IMG/VR virus record: IMGVR_UViG_3300038797_000052
Location: 1 to 39,920 of that record
Origin: a virus
Taxonomy: Duplodnaviria; Caudoviricetes
Strand: one strand, 5' to 3'
Length of the DNA: 39,920 bases
Each line of letters opens with the position of its first letter. Positions within the stretch are counted from its first letter, which is position 1. Positions 7,761 through 16,156 of this stretch are shown here, piece by piece. The translations under genes and the position numbers were made by a program. The notes beneath the pieces were generated by a model that was given only the letters and a program-made list of their open reading frames with translations, was not told the origin of the DNA and did no database searches.

Positions 7761-8051
7761 GTGAAACATACCCAGCTGAAAGATTTCGCGAAGGCTCGCG
7801 GCCAGCCAGAGGCAGCGTCTCTTTTGGGAATTACCCAAGGTGCGCTGAGCAAGGCATTACGCGTGGGCCGCGACGTTTTTGTCATCGAACACGCTGACGG
7901 CAGGTTTACCGCTTTTGAAACCAAGAGCTTTCCATCGCGGCTCAGCTCAAATCCGTGTGTTGCCCCGACCATGAGCCAAAAGATACGCGCCTCATTGCCG
8001 CTTGAAGAGTCTGGTGAACCATCTGTTTATCTATCCAGTGCTGGGCAGTGA
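7761..8051 (+). CDS. cro: Cro-like repressor
   Basis: GTG start after GGAG; GQPEAASLLGITQGALSKALRVGRDVFV...KSFPS is lambda-Cro-like. Confidence 0.9.
   Translation: MKHTQLKDFAKARGQPEAASLLGITQGALSKALRVGRDVFVIEHADGRFTAFETKSFPSRLSSNPCVAPTMSQKIRASLPLEESGEPSVYLSSAGQ
8023..8038. promoter_or_regulatory. Putative LexA (SOS) box CTGTTTATCTATCCAG
   Basis: CTG-N10-CAG with an AT-rich core, matching the gammaproteobacterial SOS consensus; lies in the 3' end of cro. Confidence 0.65.
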
Positions 8052-8467
8052 GTATGAAAGTTTTCGCATGCGCTCAGGTCAATGATTCCGCGCATGCGCG
8101 GTTTCCTGAGCTATTTGTATGCCGTTACCGCCAAATCGTGTGTGGTTTCAGCCAATTGGCTCTATGCCGAAATTTTCTTTCCTTATCGGGGGTAGTTGCC
8201 AAGCACTACCTAGGTAAAGGCAAGAAATTTCGGAGGAATTACATAATGCCGCTGGCATGCGTACTCGAAAACTCGCCCCTCCTGAGGCCCTCGATTCATG
8301 GGTACCTTACGGATTTACACAATACGGGTGAAAAGGGAAGGCCCTCGCCAGGGCCTGTTGAGCGACTTCCACTGGTTGGCTTTTGCCTGCCCAATGAAAA
8401 GGAATACGGCATGAGCCAGCACGCCCCCGCCAAGTTTTTGCTGTCCGGCTGACTTTTCTCCGGGCAA

Positions 8468-8495
8468 CAAAAAGCCCGCTGTAGGAAGCGGGCTT
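8468..8495. terminator. Hairpin AAGCCCGC/GCGGGCTT (terminator-like; T-tract on the minus strand)
   Basis: 8-bp stem preceded by an A-tract. Confidence 0.55.
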
Positions 8496-8550
8496 ATCAC
8501 GCCACTCGGTAGGACGAGTGGTTATGTACTTCTTCGTTCTGGAGAACGAT

Positions 8551-8883
8551 ATGACGCACCCGAAAAATAGCACCGGACATAACCGGATGCAACAGCAGAT
8601 GCTCACCACGCATTCGAATTTCTACCACCAGAGCGTCAGCGCAGACGGCATTCACTCGCGTCCTCTTCTTGCTGTTCAGGCCGGGCAAGACTGCGAGGAG
8701 GCTTTGAATTCAGCCTCGATGCTGCTCGGGGCGGTCGATGAAATTATGACGGCGCTCACTGATGAGGGGATGGAAACGAACGCCATCTTCGGCCTTCGCA
8801 TGCTGGTTGAGATTTCGAAAGCTCTGGTGGACTCGACCACCAATGCCGTGATGCATGCGAAAAGCCAAGGCGGTGCCCAATGA
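8551..8883 (+). CDS. DUF3077/DUF6124-like Pseudomonas phage protein
   Basis: LLAVQAGQDCEEALNSASMLL...LVEISKALVDS pattern; GGAG before ATG 8551. Confidence 0.7.
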   Translation: MTHPKNSTGHNRMQQQMLTTHSNFYHQSVSADGIHSRPLLAVQAGQDCEEALNSASMLLGAVDEIMTALTDEGMETNAIFGLRMLVEISKALVDSTTNAVMHAKSQGGAQ

Positions 8884-9125
8884 GCGCGCCGGTATCGATC
8901 GACGTAATTGAAGCGCAGCGCAACCACCGGGCAGGCCTTGGTGCTTACCACCTGGCGAAACTGCTTCGCGAAAACCATGGGACGGGCGACACCGCCGAGG
9001 AACGCGCGCTTTCACCGAACGAGGAATACGGGGTGCTGCTGGCGCTTGAGTTCATCACGTACAGCCTGTATTCGACGCTTGAGCAGCAGATGCTTGACGC
9101 AGAAGCGGCGGAGGTACGGCCATGA
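8880..9125 (+). CDS. Hypothetical phage protein
   Basis: ATGA-coupled on both sides. Confidence 0.75.
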   Translation: MSAPVSIDVIEAQRNHRAGLGAYHLAKLLRENHGTGDTAEERALSPNEEYGVLLALEFITYSLYSTLEQQMLDAEAAEVRP

Positions 9126-9382
9126 CTTCGATTTCTGTTGATCGCCTCAAGATTGAGGCCGATGCAATGAGTCAGGCCGGCTACTTCGTTGATGCGCTGG
9201 CGAAGTTCATCGGCACCGTGGGCGCTCATGATCCGGAACTCTGTGACCAGGCGCTGGACGGTTACGTGGTTGGTGGCTTGGCGGCAGGCCTGCGCCTGAT
9301 CGGCAGCGAGCTGATGAACCGTGGTGATGAGTTCGCCACGCTCATTTCCAAGTCCGAGAACGCCGGGGGAGGTGTTCAATGA
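9122..9382 (+). CDS. Hypothetical phage protein
   Basis: GGAGG RBS; ATGA-coupled. Confidence 0.75.
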   Translation: MTSISVDRLKIEADAMSQAGYFVDALAKFIGTVGAHDPELCDQALDGYVVGGLAAGLRLIGSELMNRGDEFATLISKSENAGGGVQ

Positions 9383-10143
9383 ATCTGACCCCCTTGAATT
9401 TCAGCGGCGCTGAGATCCGCGTGATCACCGATGCCCAGGGTGAGCCATGGTTTGTCGCCAAGGACGTGGCCGAGCTTCTCGAATATGTAGATACCGATAA
9501 GGCAGTTCGGACGCACTGCAAGGCCGCCAAAACCTACCCCGCCGAAATGGCGGGTCAGGTCAGGAACGTCAAGGTCATCCCCGAGCGTGATCTCTATCGA
9601 CTGGTGATGCGCTCGCAAATGCCAGCGGCTGAGGCTTTCGAAGAGTGGGTGGTGGGAGAAGTGCTGCCGAGCATTCGCAAGACGGGCGGCTACCAACGGA
9701 AATTGAGCCCGGCCGAGCAACTGCTCGCCAACGCCCAACTGCTGGTGGACATGGAGCGCCGCCAAGACCAGACCGAGCAGGCCGTGGCCGGGATCGAGAC
9801 GCGCGTGGCCAACGTAGAGCAGGTTCGCTACCTCGACTCGCGCCCGGCCGGCTTCGAATCCATGACCACCATCCGCGAGCGCATCAACTTGCGCCATGGC
9901 ATCCCGCCGTGGGTGGTCAACGCCGTGATGCGCGATGTCCCCGGCGCGCCACTGCCGTTCGCCATGGTGCGCAGTGCCCACGCCGACGACGGCGCCCAGC
10001 CATACGCGATCTGGCCAACAGCCGACATCACCCGTCGCTTCGACCGGTTTGCTGCCGAGTGCACTTTCGTCACGGCCGAGCGAGCCACCCATCCCGATAT
10101 TCAGCAAGGCCGGTTCAAGCTGCGCCAGAGGACTTCCGCATGA
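9379..10143 (+). CDS. BRO-N domain antirepressor-like protein
   Basis: IRVITDAQGEPWFVAKDVA...IPERDLYRLVMRSQMPAAEAFEEWVVGEVLPSIRKTGGY. Confidence 0.9.
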   Translation: MNLTPLNFSGAEIRVITDAQGEPWFVAKDVAELLEYVDTDKAVRTHCKAAKTYPAEMAGQVRNVKVIPERDLYRLVMRSQMPAAEAFEEWVVGEVLPSIRKTGGYQRKLSPAEQLLANAQLLVDMERRQDQTEQAVAGIETRVANVEQVRYLDSRPAGFESMTTIRERINLRHGIPPWVVNAVMRDVPGAPLPFAMVRSAHADDGAQPYAIWPTADITRRFDRFAAECTFVTAERATHPDIQQGRFKLRQRTSA

Positions 10144-10733
10144 GTAAAGTTATTGATTTTCCCAAGCCCGCGCAGTCCGAAACAATCGATCAGAAGTACT
10201 TCGAGAAGTTCGCCGATGCGGCACTGCTGCTGAAATGTTTCGAAAGCGTGAAAGACGCCACCGAGTTTGTCGAGGAGGGCGGAAAGATCGAAGAGCGGGA
10301 CGATGTGTACTTGGGCCTGATCGAAGCTTACTGGGCGCTCAAGGTTCTCTTCGAGCGCAGGACAGGCGCGGATGCCAAAAAGGTTTCCGATGATCACTGG
10401 AAATCCGCGAGCAAATATCTGCTGGCTGGGAAGGAGGCTCCGCCCATGATGATCCCGACCCGAAAATCGTTGATCGAACCATTACCGCCAGAATTCTTCG
10501 CGGAGCATAGCGACCTCGCTCTGGCCTGCACTGCTTTCAATTCGAGCGACCAGATCAGGCTTGGGACAAACGCGACAATTGCAGCTTCCAACGCGGCGAT
10601 TTCAGCCACCGTAGCAGTGGAGGCCATCAACGCGACTACCGTGCTTCGCCTTCTGGTCCTGCGTCTGTCTGGCGGCTCAATGGAAACCATGGCAGCCCAT
10701 ATCGGCCGCAAGCCAGGGGAGACGCTGCAATGA
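10140..10733 (+). CDS. Hypothetical phage protein (197 aa, MSKVIDFPKP...)
   Basis: ATGA overlap with the BRO gene. The ORF-track extension to 9645 is spurious. Confidence 0.75.
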   Translation: MSKVIDFPKPAQSETIDQKYFEKFADAALLLKCFESVKDATEFVEEGGKIEERDDVYLGLIEAYWALKVLFERRTGADAKKVSDDHWKSASKYLLAGKEAPPMMIPTRKSLIEPLPPEFFAEHSDLALACTAFNSSDQIRLGTNATIAASNAAISATVAVEAINATTVLRLLVLRLSGGSMETMAAHIGRKPGETLQ

Positions 10734-10954
10734 ACCGCCTCCCGCAAACCACAACCGCCGAGAAAGGCCCCGAGTCGGTAATCGCCGGGCCGTGGCCGAG
10801 CTACAGCCAATTCAGGGGGCTGCCAGAACGCGATCGCTGGGTTCTGTATGGATCGGCCAAGGCCTACCGCCAAGCGTTGGAAGATCAGGGCGTGGTGATG
10901 GCAGAGGGGTACGACGCCTTTATCCGCCGCGTCTGCGCCGAGTTGGAGATCTGA
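10730..10954 (+). CDS. Hypothetical phage protein
   Basis: GGGGAG RBS; ATGA-coupled. Confidence 0.75.
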   Translation: MNRLPQTTTAEKGPESVIAGPWPSYSQFRGLPERDRWVLYGSAKAYRQALEDQGVVMAEGYDAFIRRVCAELEI

Positions 10955-10956
10955 CC

Positions 10957-11379
10957 ATGCGAAATTTTGGATTCGTTTACATCCTCGCCAGCGATGCAAT
11001 GCCGGGGATTTATAAGGTTGGATCAACTGAGTACTCACCTCGGGAGCGTGCTGTCGACTTATCCCGCGGCACTGGCGTGCCTGCGCCCTATCGAGTGGTT
11101 TTCTATGGAGAGGTTGAAGGTGCACTTGCTTGGGAAAAACAGGTTCACCTTGCTCTCGCTGATCGCCGAATCACTGACTCCCGCGAGTTTTTCCGTGGTC
11201 CTCTGATCGACATTATTCGAACGATCGAGGGTGACGGCGCGCTGTGCTCTGAATGGGATAGCGATGAAGCGAGAGAGGCCCGGCAACCAGGCTCCATGAA
11301 CAGCAGAAATCCACTTTGGTTCGAGGCGAACCTTTATCCACCGGGTTACATCGAGCGCCTGCGGAGGGCTTCAGCATGA
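10957..11379 (+). CDS. GIY-YIG / T5orf172-family nuclease-like protein
   Basis: GFVYIL...GIYKVGST...RER...TGVP...WEKQVH...REFF. Confidence 0.85.
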   Translation: MRNFGFVYILASDAMPGIYKVGSTEYSPRERAVDLSRGTGVPAPYRVVFYGEVEGALAWEKQVHLALADRRITDSREFFRGPLIDIIRTIEGDGALCSEWDSDEAREARQPGSMNSRNPLWFEANLYPPGYIERLRRASA

Positions 11380-12152
11380 GCATCATCCGCGCCCCTCGGC
11401 CCGAGGGGAATTTCTACCTGCTGAGCAAGCACATCAGTGAGGATCGGCGCCTGAGTTGGGGTGCTCGCGGGATGCTGGTGTTCCTGCTGGGCAAACCTGA
11501 CCACTGGAAAGTCTCCCCTGCGCACCTGCGCGGTGAGACCGCAGAGTCTGCAAAGCCGACCGGGCGAGACGGGATATACGGGCTTTTGGACGAGCTCATC
11601 AATGCCGGCTACGTGCGCCGCGACCAGCCCCGCAGTGAGGCTGGTGTGCTTGGCGAAGTGAGTTACGTGGTCTCCGAAACACCGCTTCCGGATTTACCGT
11701 ATCCGGCTGAACCGCATACGGCTCGACCGCATACGGCAAATCCGACACTAGTAAGTATTGAAGGTAAACAAGGACTGAAAAAACCAGCAACCACTGAAAA
11801 CCCTTCAGGTGTTGGAGAGGGGAAATCAAAGGCTCAGAAGTTTGATCCTCTGACAGCCAGACCCTCCAACGCTTCCGAAAAAGCGTGGGCAGACTTCTGT
11901 GAAATGCGAAAGGCGAAGCGGGCACCGTTGACTCTGAGAGCCTGTGAACTGATTGCCAAGAAGTTGGCAAACCATCCCGAGCCGGACGCCGTGCTGGATA
12001 AGTCCACCACCAGCAGTTGGTCGGACATCTATCCCGACTCGGTGCTGCCAGGTGCTGGCGCGAAGAACGGGAAGCCTTCGACCTACAACAATTTGCCGAC
12101 TCACACCCCCGATATGTACCCGGAGGCGCCCCATGGCCAAACCAATTTCTAA
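11376..12152 (+). CDS. Phage replication initiator (O-like, N-terminal HTH)
   Basis: EDRRLSWGARGMLVFLLGKPDHW HTH; internal iterons; precedes the loader and helicase. Confidence 0.85.
   Translation: MSIIRAPRPEGNFYLLSKHISEDRRLSWGARGMLVFLLGKPDHWKVSPAHLRGETAESAKPTGRDGIYGLLDELINAGYVRRDQPRSEAGVLGEVSYVVSETPLPDLPYPAEPHTARPHTANPTLVSIEGKQGLKKPATTENPSGVGEGKSKAQKFDPLTARPSNASEKAWADFCEMRKAKRAPLTLRACELIAKKLANHPEPDAVLDKSTTSSWSDIYPDSVLPGAGAKNGKPSTYNNLPTHTPDMYPEAPHGQTNF
11681..11800. repeat. Replication origin: four 15-bp-period iterons plus an A-rich tract
   Basis: ACCGCTTCCGGATTT, ACCGTATCCGGCTGA, ACCGCATACGGCTCG, ACCGCATACGGCAAA at 11681, 11696, 11711 and 11726, followed by A-rich DNA. Confidence 0.8.
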
Positions 12153-12936
12153 GTTCAGCCGCGTGCCGGATGTTCGCTTCTTCGAGGCGCAGTGCCCGGT
12201 GCATGGAACGGTCGACGGCGCCGAGGTTGAGCAGTTCGACGGCTCCTATCTGGTGCGCGCTTGCCGCCGGTGCCAGTGGGAGGCGATGAACACCGCCGAC
12301 AAACGCAGCGAGGCTCACACCGAGGCGCTGGCCCGCCGTAAAGCAACGACGCTGAACGAGCTGCTGATTGGGTCGGGCATTACGCCGCGGTTTGCCGAGT
12401 GCACGCTGGATAACTTCACCACTGGTGCGGTGCTGGAAAAGGTCCGCGCTTTGTCGACCTGCCAGTCCTACATTGATCAGTTCGAAGAGAACTACCGCGC
12501 CGGCCGCTCGCTGATCCTGTCCGGCAACGTCGGCACCGGGAAAACGCATCTGGCCAGTGGGATCGTTCAGCAGGTCATCCGGAAGTTCAGCGCCGCGGCG
12601 TTGATCGTCTCGGCCGCAGAGATCATCCGCATCGCCAAGGGCGCGATGGTGCGCGGCGCCGACTACACGGAGCGCGACGTGATCAACGAACTCGCGAGCC
12701 TAGACCTGCTGGTGATCGACGAAATCGGCGCGCAGAAAGGGAGCGAATACGAACTGGGATTGCTCCACGAAGTCATCGATCGCCGGTATCAGCTTGTTCT
12801 GCCCACTGTGGTGGTGTCCAACCTTCCGGCCACCGCTCTCGGCCATTTCATCGGCGACCGCGCGCTCGATCGCCTGCGCCAGAACGGTGGTCAGGCCGTC
12901 GGCTTCAGCTGGTCTTCGATGAGGGCAACCGCATGA
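12133..12936 (+). CDS. DnaC/IstB-like AAA+ helicase loader
   Basis: Walker A GNVGTGKT, Walker B LLVIDEIG, VVSN and DRL motifs; N-terminal CPVH...CRRC. Confidence 0.92.
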   Translation: MAKPISKFSRVPDVRFFEAQCPVHGTVDGAEVEQFDGSYLVRACRRCQWEAMNTADKRSEAHTEALARRKATTLNELLIGSGITPRFAECTLDNFTTGAVLEKVRALSTCQSYIDQFEENYRAGRSLILSGNVGTGKTHLASGIVQQVIRKFSAAALIVSAAEIIRIAKGAMVRGADYTERDVINELASLDLLVIDEIGAQKGSEYELGLLHEVIDRRYQLVLPTVVVSNLPATALGHFIGDRALDRLRQNGGQAVGFSWSSMRATA

Positions 12937-14306
12937 GTGAATATCGCGAACTGTTCAGCGATGAGGCTGAACACGCTTTGCTGGGGGCGATGCTGCTGGA
13001 TGGCGAGCTATTCGACGCCATCACCAGCCAGGTCTCGGCGGCGGACTTTCACGATCCGGAGAATGCGGCGCTGTTCCAGACGATGATCGGCTGTCATGCC
13101 GCTGGAAGCCCGGTTGACCCGGTCACGCTGCACGACTTCGCTGAATACCTGCCGAGCGGCACGCGCACGCTGGCCTACGCCGCCGAGCTGGCGCGCAACA
13201 CCCCCAGCACCGCCAACTGGAAGGCCTACGCCAAGGTGGTGACAGAGCGCGCCGTGCTGCGCCGCCTGGTGGACGCTGCCGACGCGGTGCGGGAGTTGGC
13301 AACCGAGAATCGGCCTGTCGCCGAAATCATCGCCAGCGCACAGCAGGCAATGGCGGATCTGCGAGACCTGCAGACCGGTGAGCCTGACTACAAGCGCATG
13401 GATGAGGTTGTGATGCGCAACATCGACATCATCGATTCCAAGTTCAACAAAAAGGTGCAGGGTGGTTTGTCGACGGGGCTGGCAGACCTGGACAAGTTGA
13501 TCCGTGGCTTGCGGAAAAAGACTGTCACCATCGTGGCCGGCTTGCCGGGGAGCGGTAAAACCACGCTTGGGCTCCAGATCGCCCAGCACATCGCGTGCAA
13601 CGGTGCCGGCGTCGGCATGGTGTTCTCGCTGGAAATGCCGGAGGAGGAGCTGGGGAACCGTGTGTTGGCGTCAATCGGCGGGATCGATCTCCGCAAACTC
13701 GATGACGGACAACTGCAGGACGATGACTGGCCGCGACTGACTTCGGCGGTGAGCAAGATCGTCGACGTGCCACTGTTCGTTTGCGACAAGTCCGGGCTGA
13801 CGGTGGCGCGCATTCGCAGCATCGCCCGCCAGGTGCAACGCACGCACGGCCTTGATGTGGTGGTGATCGACTACATCGGCCTGATCGGTTCGGACGGCAA
13901 GGCGTTCAACCGCACTTCGGAACTGGGGAAGATCTCGACCGGCATCGTGAACATCGCCAAGGAGTTGGAAGTGCCGGTGATCCTGCTGGCTCAACTCAAC
14001 CGCGACTCGACCAAGCGCCCGGGCAAGAAGCCGATCGCCTCGGATCTGCGCGACTCCGGACAGATCGAGGCTGACGCCCACTGCATCATCCTTGTCCACC
14101 GCGACATGGATTCGGAGGAGGGCCAGAACGGTGTCACGGAATTGATCATGCCTAAGTGCAGGCACGCGCCGGTCGGTTCGTGTCTCGCTCAGCAGCAGGG
14201 CCAGTACGCCCGATTCGTCAACTTCGCCGGTAACCGCGAGCCGAGTAACGAGGAGGTCGAAATGGGCCGCTCGTTCGCCAGTCAGTACAGGGGGAAAGCC
14301 CGATGA
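12933..14306 (+). CDS. dnaB: Phage replicative DnaB-like helicase
   Basis: AEHALLG, GLPGSGKT, FSLEM, VIDYIGL, LAQLNR and DLRDSGQIEADA motifs. Confidence 0.95.
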   Translation: MSEYRELFSDEAEHALLGAMLLDGELFDAITSQVSAADFHDPENAALFQTMIGCHAAGSPVDPVTLHDFAEYLPSGTRTLAYAAELARNTPSTANWKAYAKVVTERAVLRRLVDAADAVRELATENRPVAEIIASAQQAMADLRDLQTGEPDYKRMDEVVMRNIDIIDSKFNKKVQGGLSTGLADLDKLIRGLRKKTVTIVAGLPGSGKTTLGLQIAQHIACNGAGVGMVFSLEMPEEELGNRVLASIGGIDLRKLDDGQLQDDDWPRLTSAVSKIVDVPLFVCDKSGLTVARIRSIARQVQRTHGLDVVVIDYIGLIGSDGKAFNRTSELGKISTGIVNIAKELEVPVILLAQLNRDSTKRPGKKPIASDLRDSGQIEADAHCIILVHRDMDSEEGQNGVTELIMPKCRHAPVGSCLAQQQGQYARFVNFAGNREPSNEEVEMGRSFASQYRGKAR

Positions 14307-14602
14307 GTAACGTAGCTGCGGCATCGCCGCGCAAGAGTCTGCTCGAGCATGAGCGCAAGTTTTTGAAGATCGCCGGAGAAGGCCTGGCCCAAGAGAAAGT
14401 CGGTGGCGCCGCTGCTATGGCCTGCCTGCTGGACATGGTCGCCAGCTGGCACGCTACCCGGGTGAACATCGGGTTCGGTGACTACTGCAAACGCTGGGTC
14501 GCCGAGGGCAACGCCAAGAGCAAGACGGCTGATCGCCTGCTGCGCAACTTGCTGGGGCTGGACGATGCCCCACCACCGCGTCGAATCCGGAGGGCTGCTT
14601 AA
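14303..14602 (+). CDS. Hypothetical phage protein
   Basis: Coupled to dnaB (ATGA) and to the next gene (TAATG). Confidence 0.75.
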   Translation: MSNVAAASPRKSLLEHERKFLKIAGEGLAQEKVGGAAAMACLLDMVASWHATRVNIGFGDYCKRWVAEGNAKSKTADRLLRNLLGLDDAPPPRRIRRAA

Positions 14603-15150
14603 TGTCGGTCTATCGGAGCGCCGAACATGGCGTTATGCGAGCGATGAACGTCGACTCGATCTCTCTGCACAAGGGCGCGGGCTGGCAGAACAAATACCAG
14701 TCGGAAGGCTGGGAGGCCGAGCGGGCCGGAAACCCTTGCCCGATGGATCGGTTCGACCAACTCACGCAGGACAGCATGACCCGATCCCTCTTGCGCCGGG
14801 TGCTGGTGCCGCATCACTGGCAGGTGCTGGTGGCGCATTTCATGGTCGACCTCAATGGCTCTACTCAGCAGCAACGTGTGGCAGCTATTGCGCACCTGGC
14901 GCGCTCAGCGCCGGGGAAGGCGCACCACCTGTTCAAGACGAAGTGCGTTACAGCGTGGGCGACGCCGAGGCTACCGGAGTCGTTCATGGTGCTGCACACT
15001 TGGGACAACGCTGACACGCCAACACCGGAGAAAACGCTGTATCGGTGGCGGTCGGATATCCGGAAATGGCTGGAGGCCGAGCGCGACACCGCGATCAGTT
15101 CGGCCTGGGTTATTCTCAACGAAGCGAAGTTGATTGCAGAAAGTGCTTGA
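14602..15150 (+). CDS. Putative late-gene antiterminator (Q-like)
   Basis: Last early gene; C-terminal HTH-like PEKTLYRWR; immediately followed by a promoter-terminator unit. Function is inferred from position. Confidence 0.6.
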   Translation: MSVYRSAEHGVMRAMNVDSISLHKGAGWQNKYQSEGWEAERAGNPCPMDRFDQLTQDSMTRSLLRRVLVPHHWQVLVAHFMVDLNGSTQQQRVAAIAHLARSAPGKAHHLFKTKCVTAWATPRLPESFMVLHTWDNADTPTPEKTLYRWRSDIRKWLEAERDTAISSAWVILNEAKLIAESA

Positions 15151-15175
15151 TTCGCTGAGAAAATGAGAATTTAAT
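15147..15175 (+). promoter_or_regulatory. Putative late promoter pR' (TTGATT-N17-TTTAAT) with tandem TGAGAA repeats in the spacer
   Basis: -35 at 15147-15152 and -10 at 15170-15175; TGAGAA at 15156 and 15164. Confidence 0.55.
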
Positions 15176-15215
15176 TATCCACATTGCGGCTCTGCGTCTT
15201 GAAGATGGGAGCCCG

Positions 15216-15245
15216 AAAAGCCCGGCCACTGTGTCGGGCTTTTTT
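15216..15245 (+). terminator. Intrinsic terminator (tR'-like)
   Basis: AGCCCGGC/GTCGGGCT stem followed by a T-tract. Confidence 0.8.
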
Positions 15246-15287
15246 CACGTAGGCATTTGGCCTCAAATGGAAAGGTTGAGGCGAATC

Positions 15288-15779
15288 ATGGCTACGCTGC
15301 ATCTTGATGATGTTTTTGAGGAGATTCCGCTTCTCGATGACTCGTGCGGGATATTGCATACCATCCGGGTCGATCAATTCGAATATGGAATTTGGTACAT
15401 TCCACTGTCTGCTGGCTTTCTAGCTCAAAAAGAGCAGATTGAAAGCCAGCTGGGCCGCAGGCTTCCGGCAAACTGCTACGAAGTGAAATTTGCTTTGAAG
15501 CGCGATTTCGAGGATGGTGTACCTGGCTACACCACTCCTGGAACCCATGGTGATCTTGGGTGTCTCAATTACAGGCAGATGATGGTTTTGGGGAAGGGGA
15601 TTTTTCAGTCCTCTTGGATGTTGAGAGGTTATCGCGACGTCAGAGGTTTTGTTGCGGTAGCACTTGAAGATCGCCCACAGCTTGGCTCATACTACGGGCG
15701 ACTGCTAAAAAACTATCGAGATCAACTCGGTTACAGTATTTATCCAGTATTAGAGGGATCCGGATATGCGATCTTCTGA
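15288..15779 (+). CDS. Moron hypothetical protein (163 aa)
   Basis: AT-richer ORF; GAGG RBS before ATG 15288. Confidence 0.75.
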   Translation: MATLHLDDVFEEIPLLDDSCGILHTIRVDQFEYGIWYIPLSAGFLAQKEQIESQLGRRLPANCYEVKFALKRDFEDGVPGYTTPGTHGDLGCLNYRQMMVLGKGIFQSSWMLRGYRDVRGFVAVALEDRPQLGSYYGRLLKNYRDQLGYSIYPVLEGSGYAIF

Positions 15780-15900
15780 AATCAAAGAAAAAGCACATAG
15801 CGGCAAGGCCGAGCGCCTGAACGCTGCTTTGGCTTTGTATAAAGCTGCCAAGGATGCTGGCAAGGTTCGTCGCGTACCAATCGGCGCACAACCAGCTTAA
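15766..15900 (+). CDS. Small basic protein (44 aa) MRSSEIKEKAHSGKAERLNAALALYKAAKDAGKVRRVPIGAQPA
   Basis: Below the ORF-track cutoff; GAGGGA RBS; overlaps the upstream stop; ends just before a terminator. Confidence 0.65.
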   Translation: MRSSEIKEKAHSGKAERLNAALALYKAAKDAGKVRRVPIGAQPA

Positions 15901-15914
15901 TCTAATGCTGCGAG

Positions 15915-15945
15915 AAAAAACCCGACCAACGAGTCGGGTTTTTTT
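15915..15945. terminator. Bidirectional intrinsic terminator
   Basis: AAAAAACCCGAC-loop-GTCGGGTTTTTTT between convergent genes. Confidence 0.88.
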
Positions 15946-15958
15946 ATGCCGAAAAGTT

Positions 15959-16156
15959 TTATTTGTTTTGGTCGTTGTAGTAGGCCAAAGCATCGTAAAC
16001 AGGTTCGTTGAATTCCACCTGGATCAGATCCTCGCCACGCCGCTTAAAGCGGTAGAAGCTCAGGCCACCCTGGAATCTGATCTTGGTTTCCCTCGGAACC
16101 TCCTTCAGGGCTTCGATCAATTCACCAACTGTCATGCTGCTTCCATCTTCCTTCAT
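15959..16156 (-). CDS. Small moron protein (~65 aa, MTVGELIEALK motif)
   Basis: GGGAG RBS before ATG 16156; ends at the bidirectional terminator. Confidence 0.65.
   Translation of the reverse strand: MKEDGSSMTVGELIEALKEVPRETKIRFQGGLSFYRFKRRGEDLIQVEFNEPVYDALAYYNDQNK

Noticed and set aside
7655-7972. N-terminal extension of cI in the ORF track
   Set aside because: Overlaps the OR operators and cro; the HTH begins shortly after ATG 7654.
8048-8452. 134-aa ORF after cro as a CII candidate
   Set aside because: Unprotein-like composition and no HTH; not supported as a gene.
9645-10139. Apparent 362-aa ORF overlapping BRO
   Set aside because: The upstream part is an alternative frame of the BRO gene; the real start is ATG 10140.
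11681-11744. Short repeats as a CRISPR array or diversity-generating retroelement
   Set aside because: Tandem 15-bp units with no spacers; no cas or reverse transcriptase gene in the window; they fit origin iterons.
15732-15747. SOS-box-like TACAGTATTTATCCAG, and CTGTATATC at ~33466
   Set aside because: Each has only one half-site, not CTG-N10-CAG.
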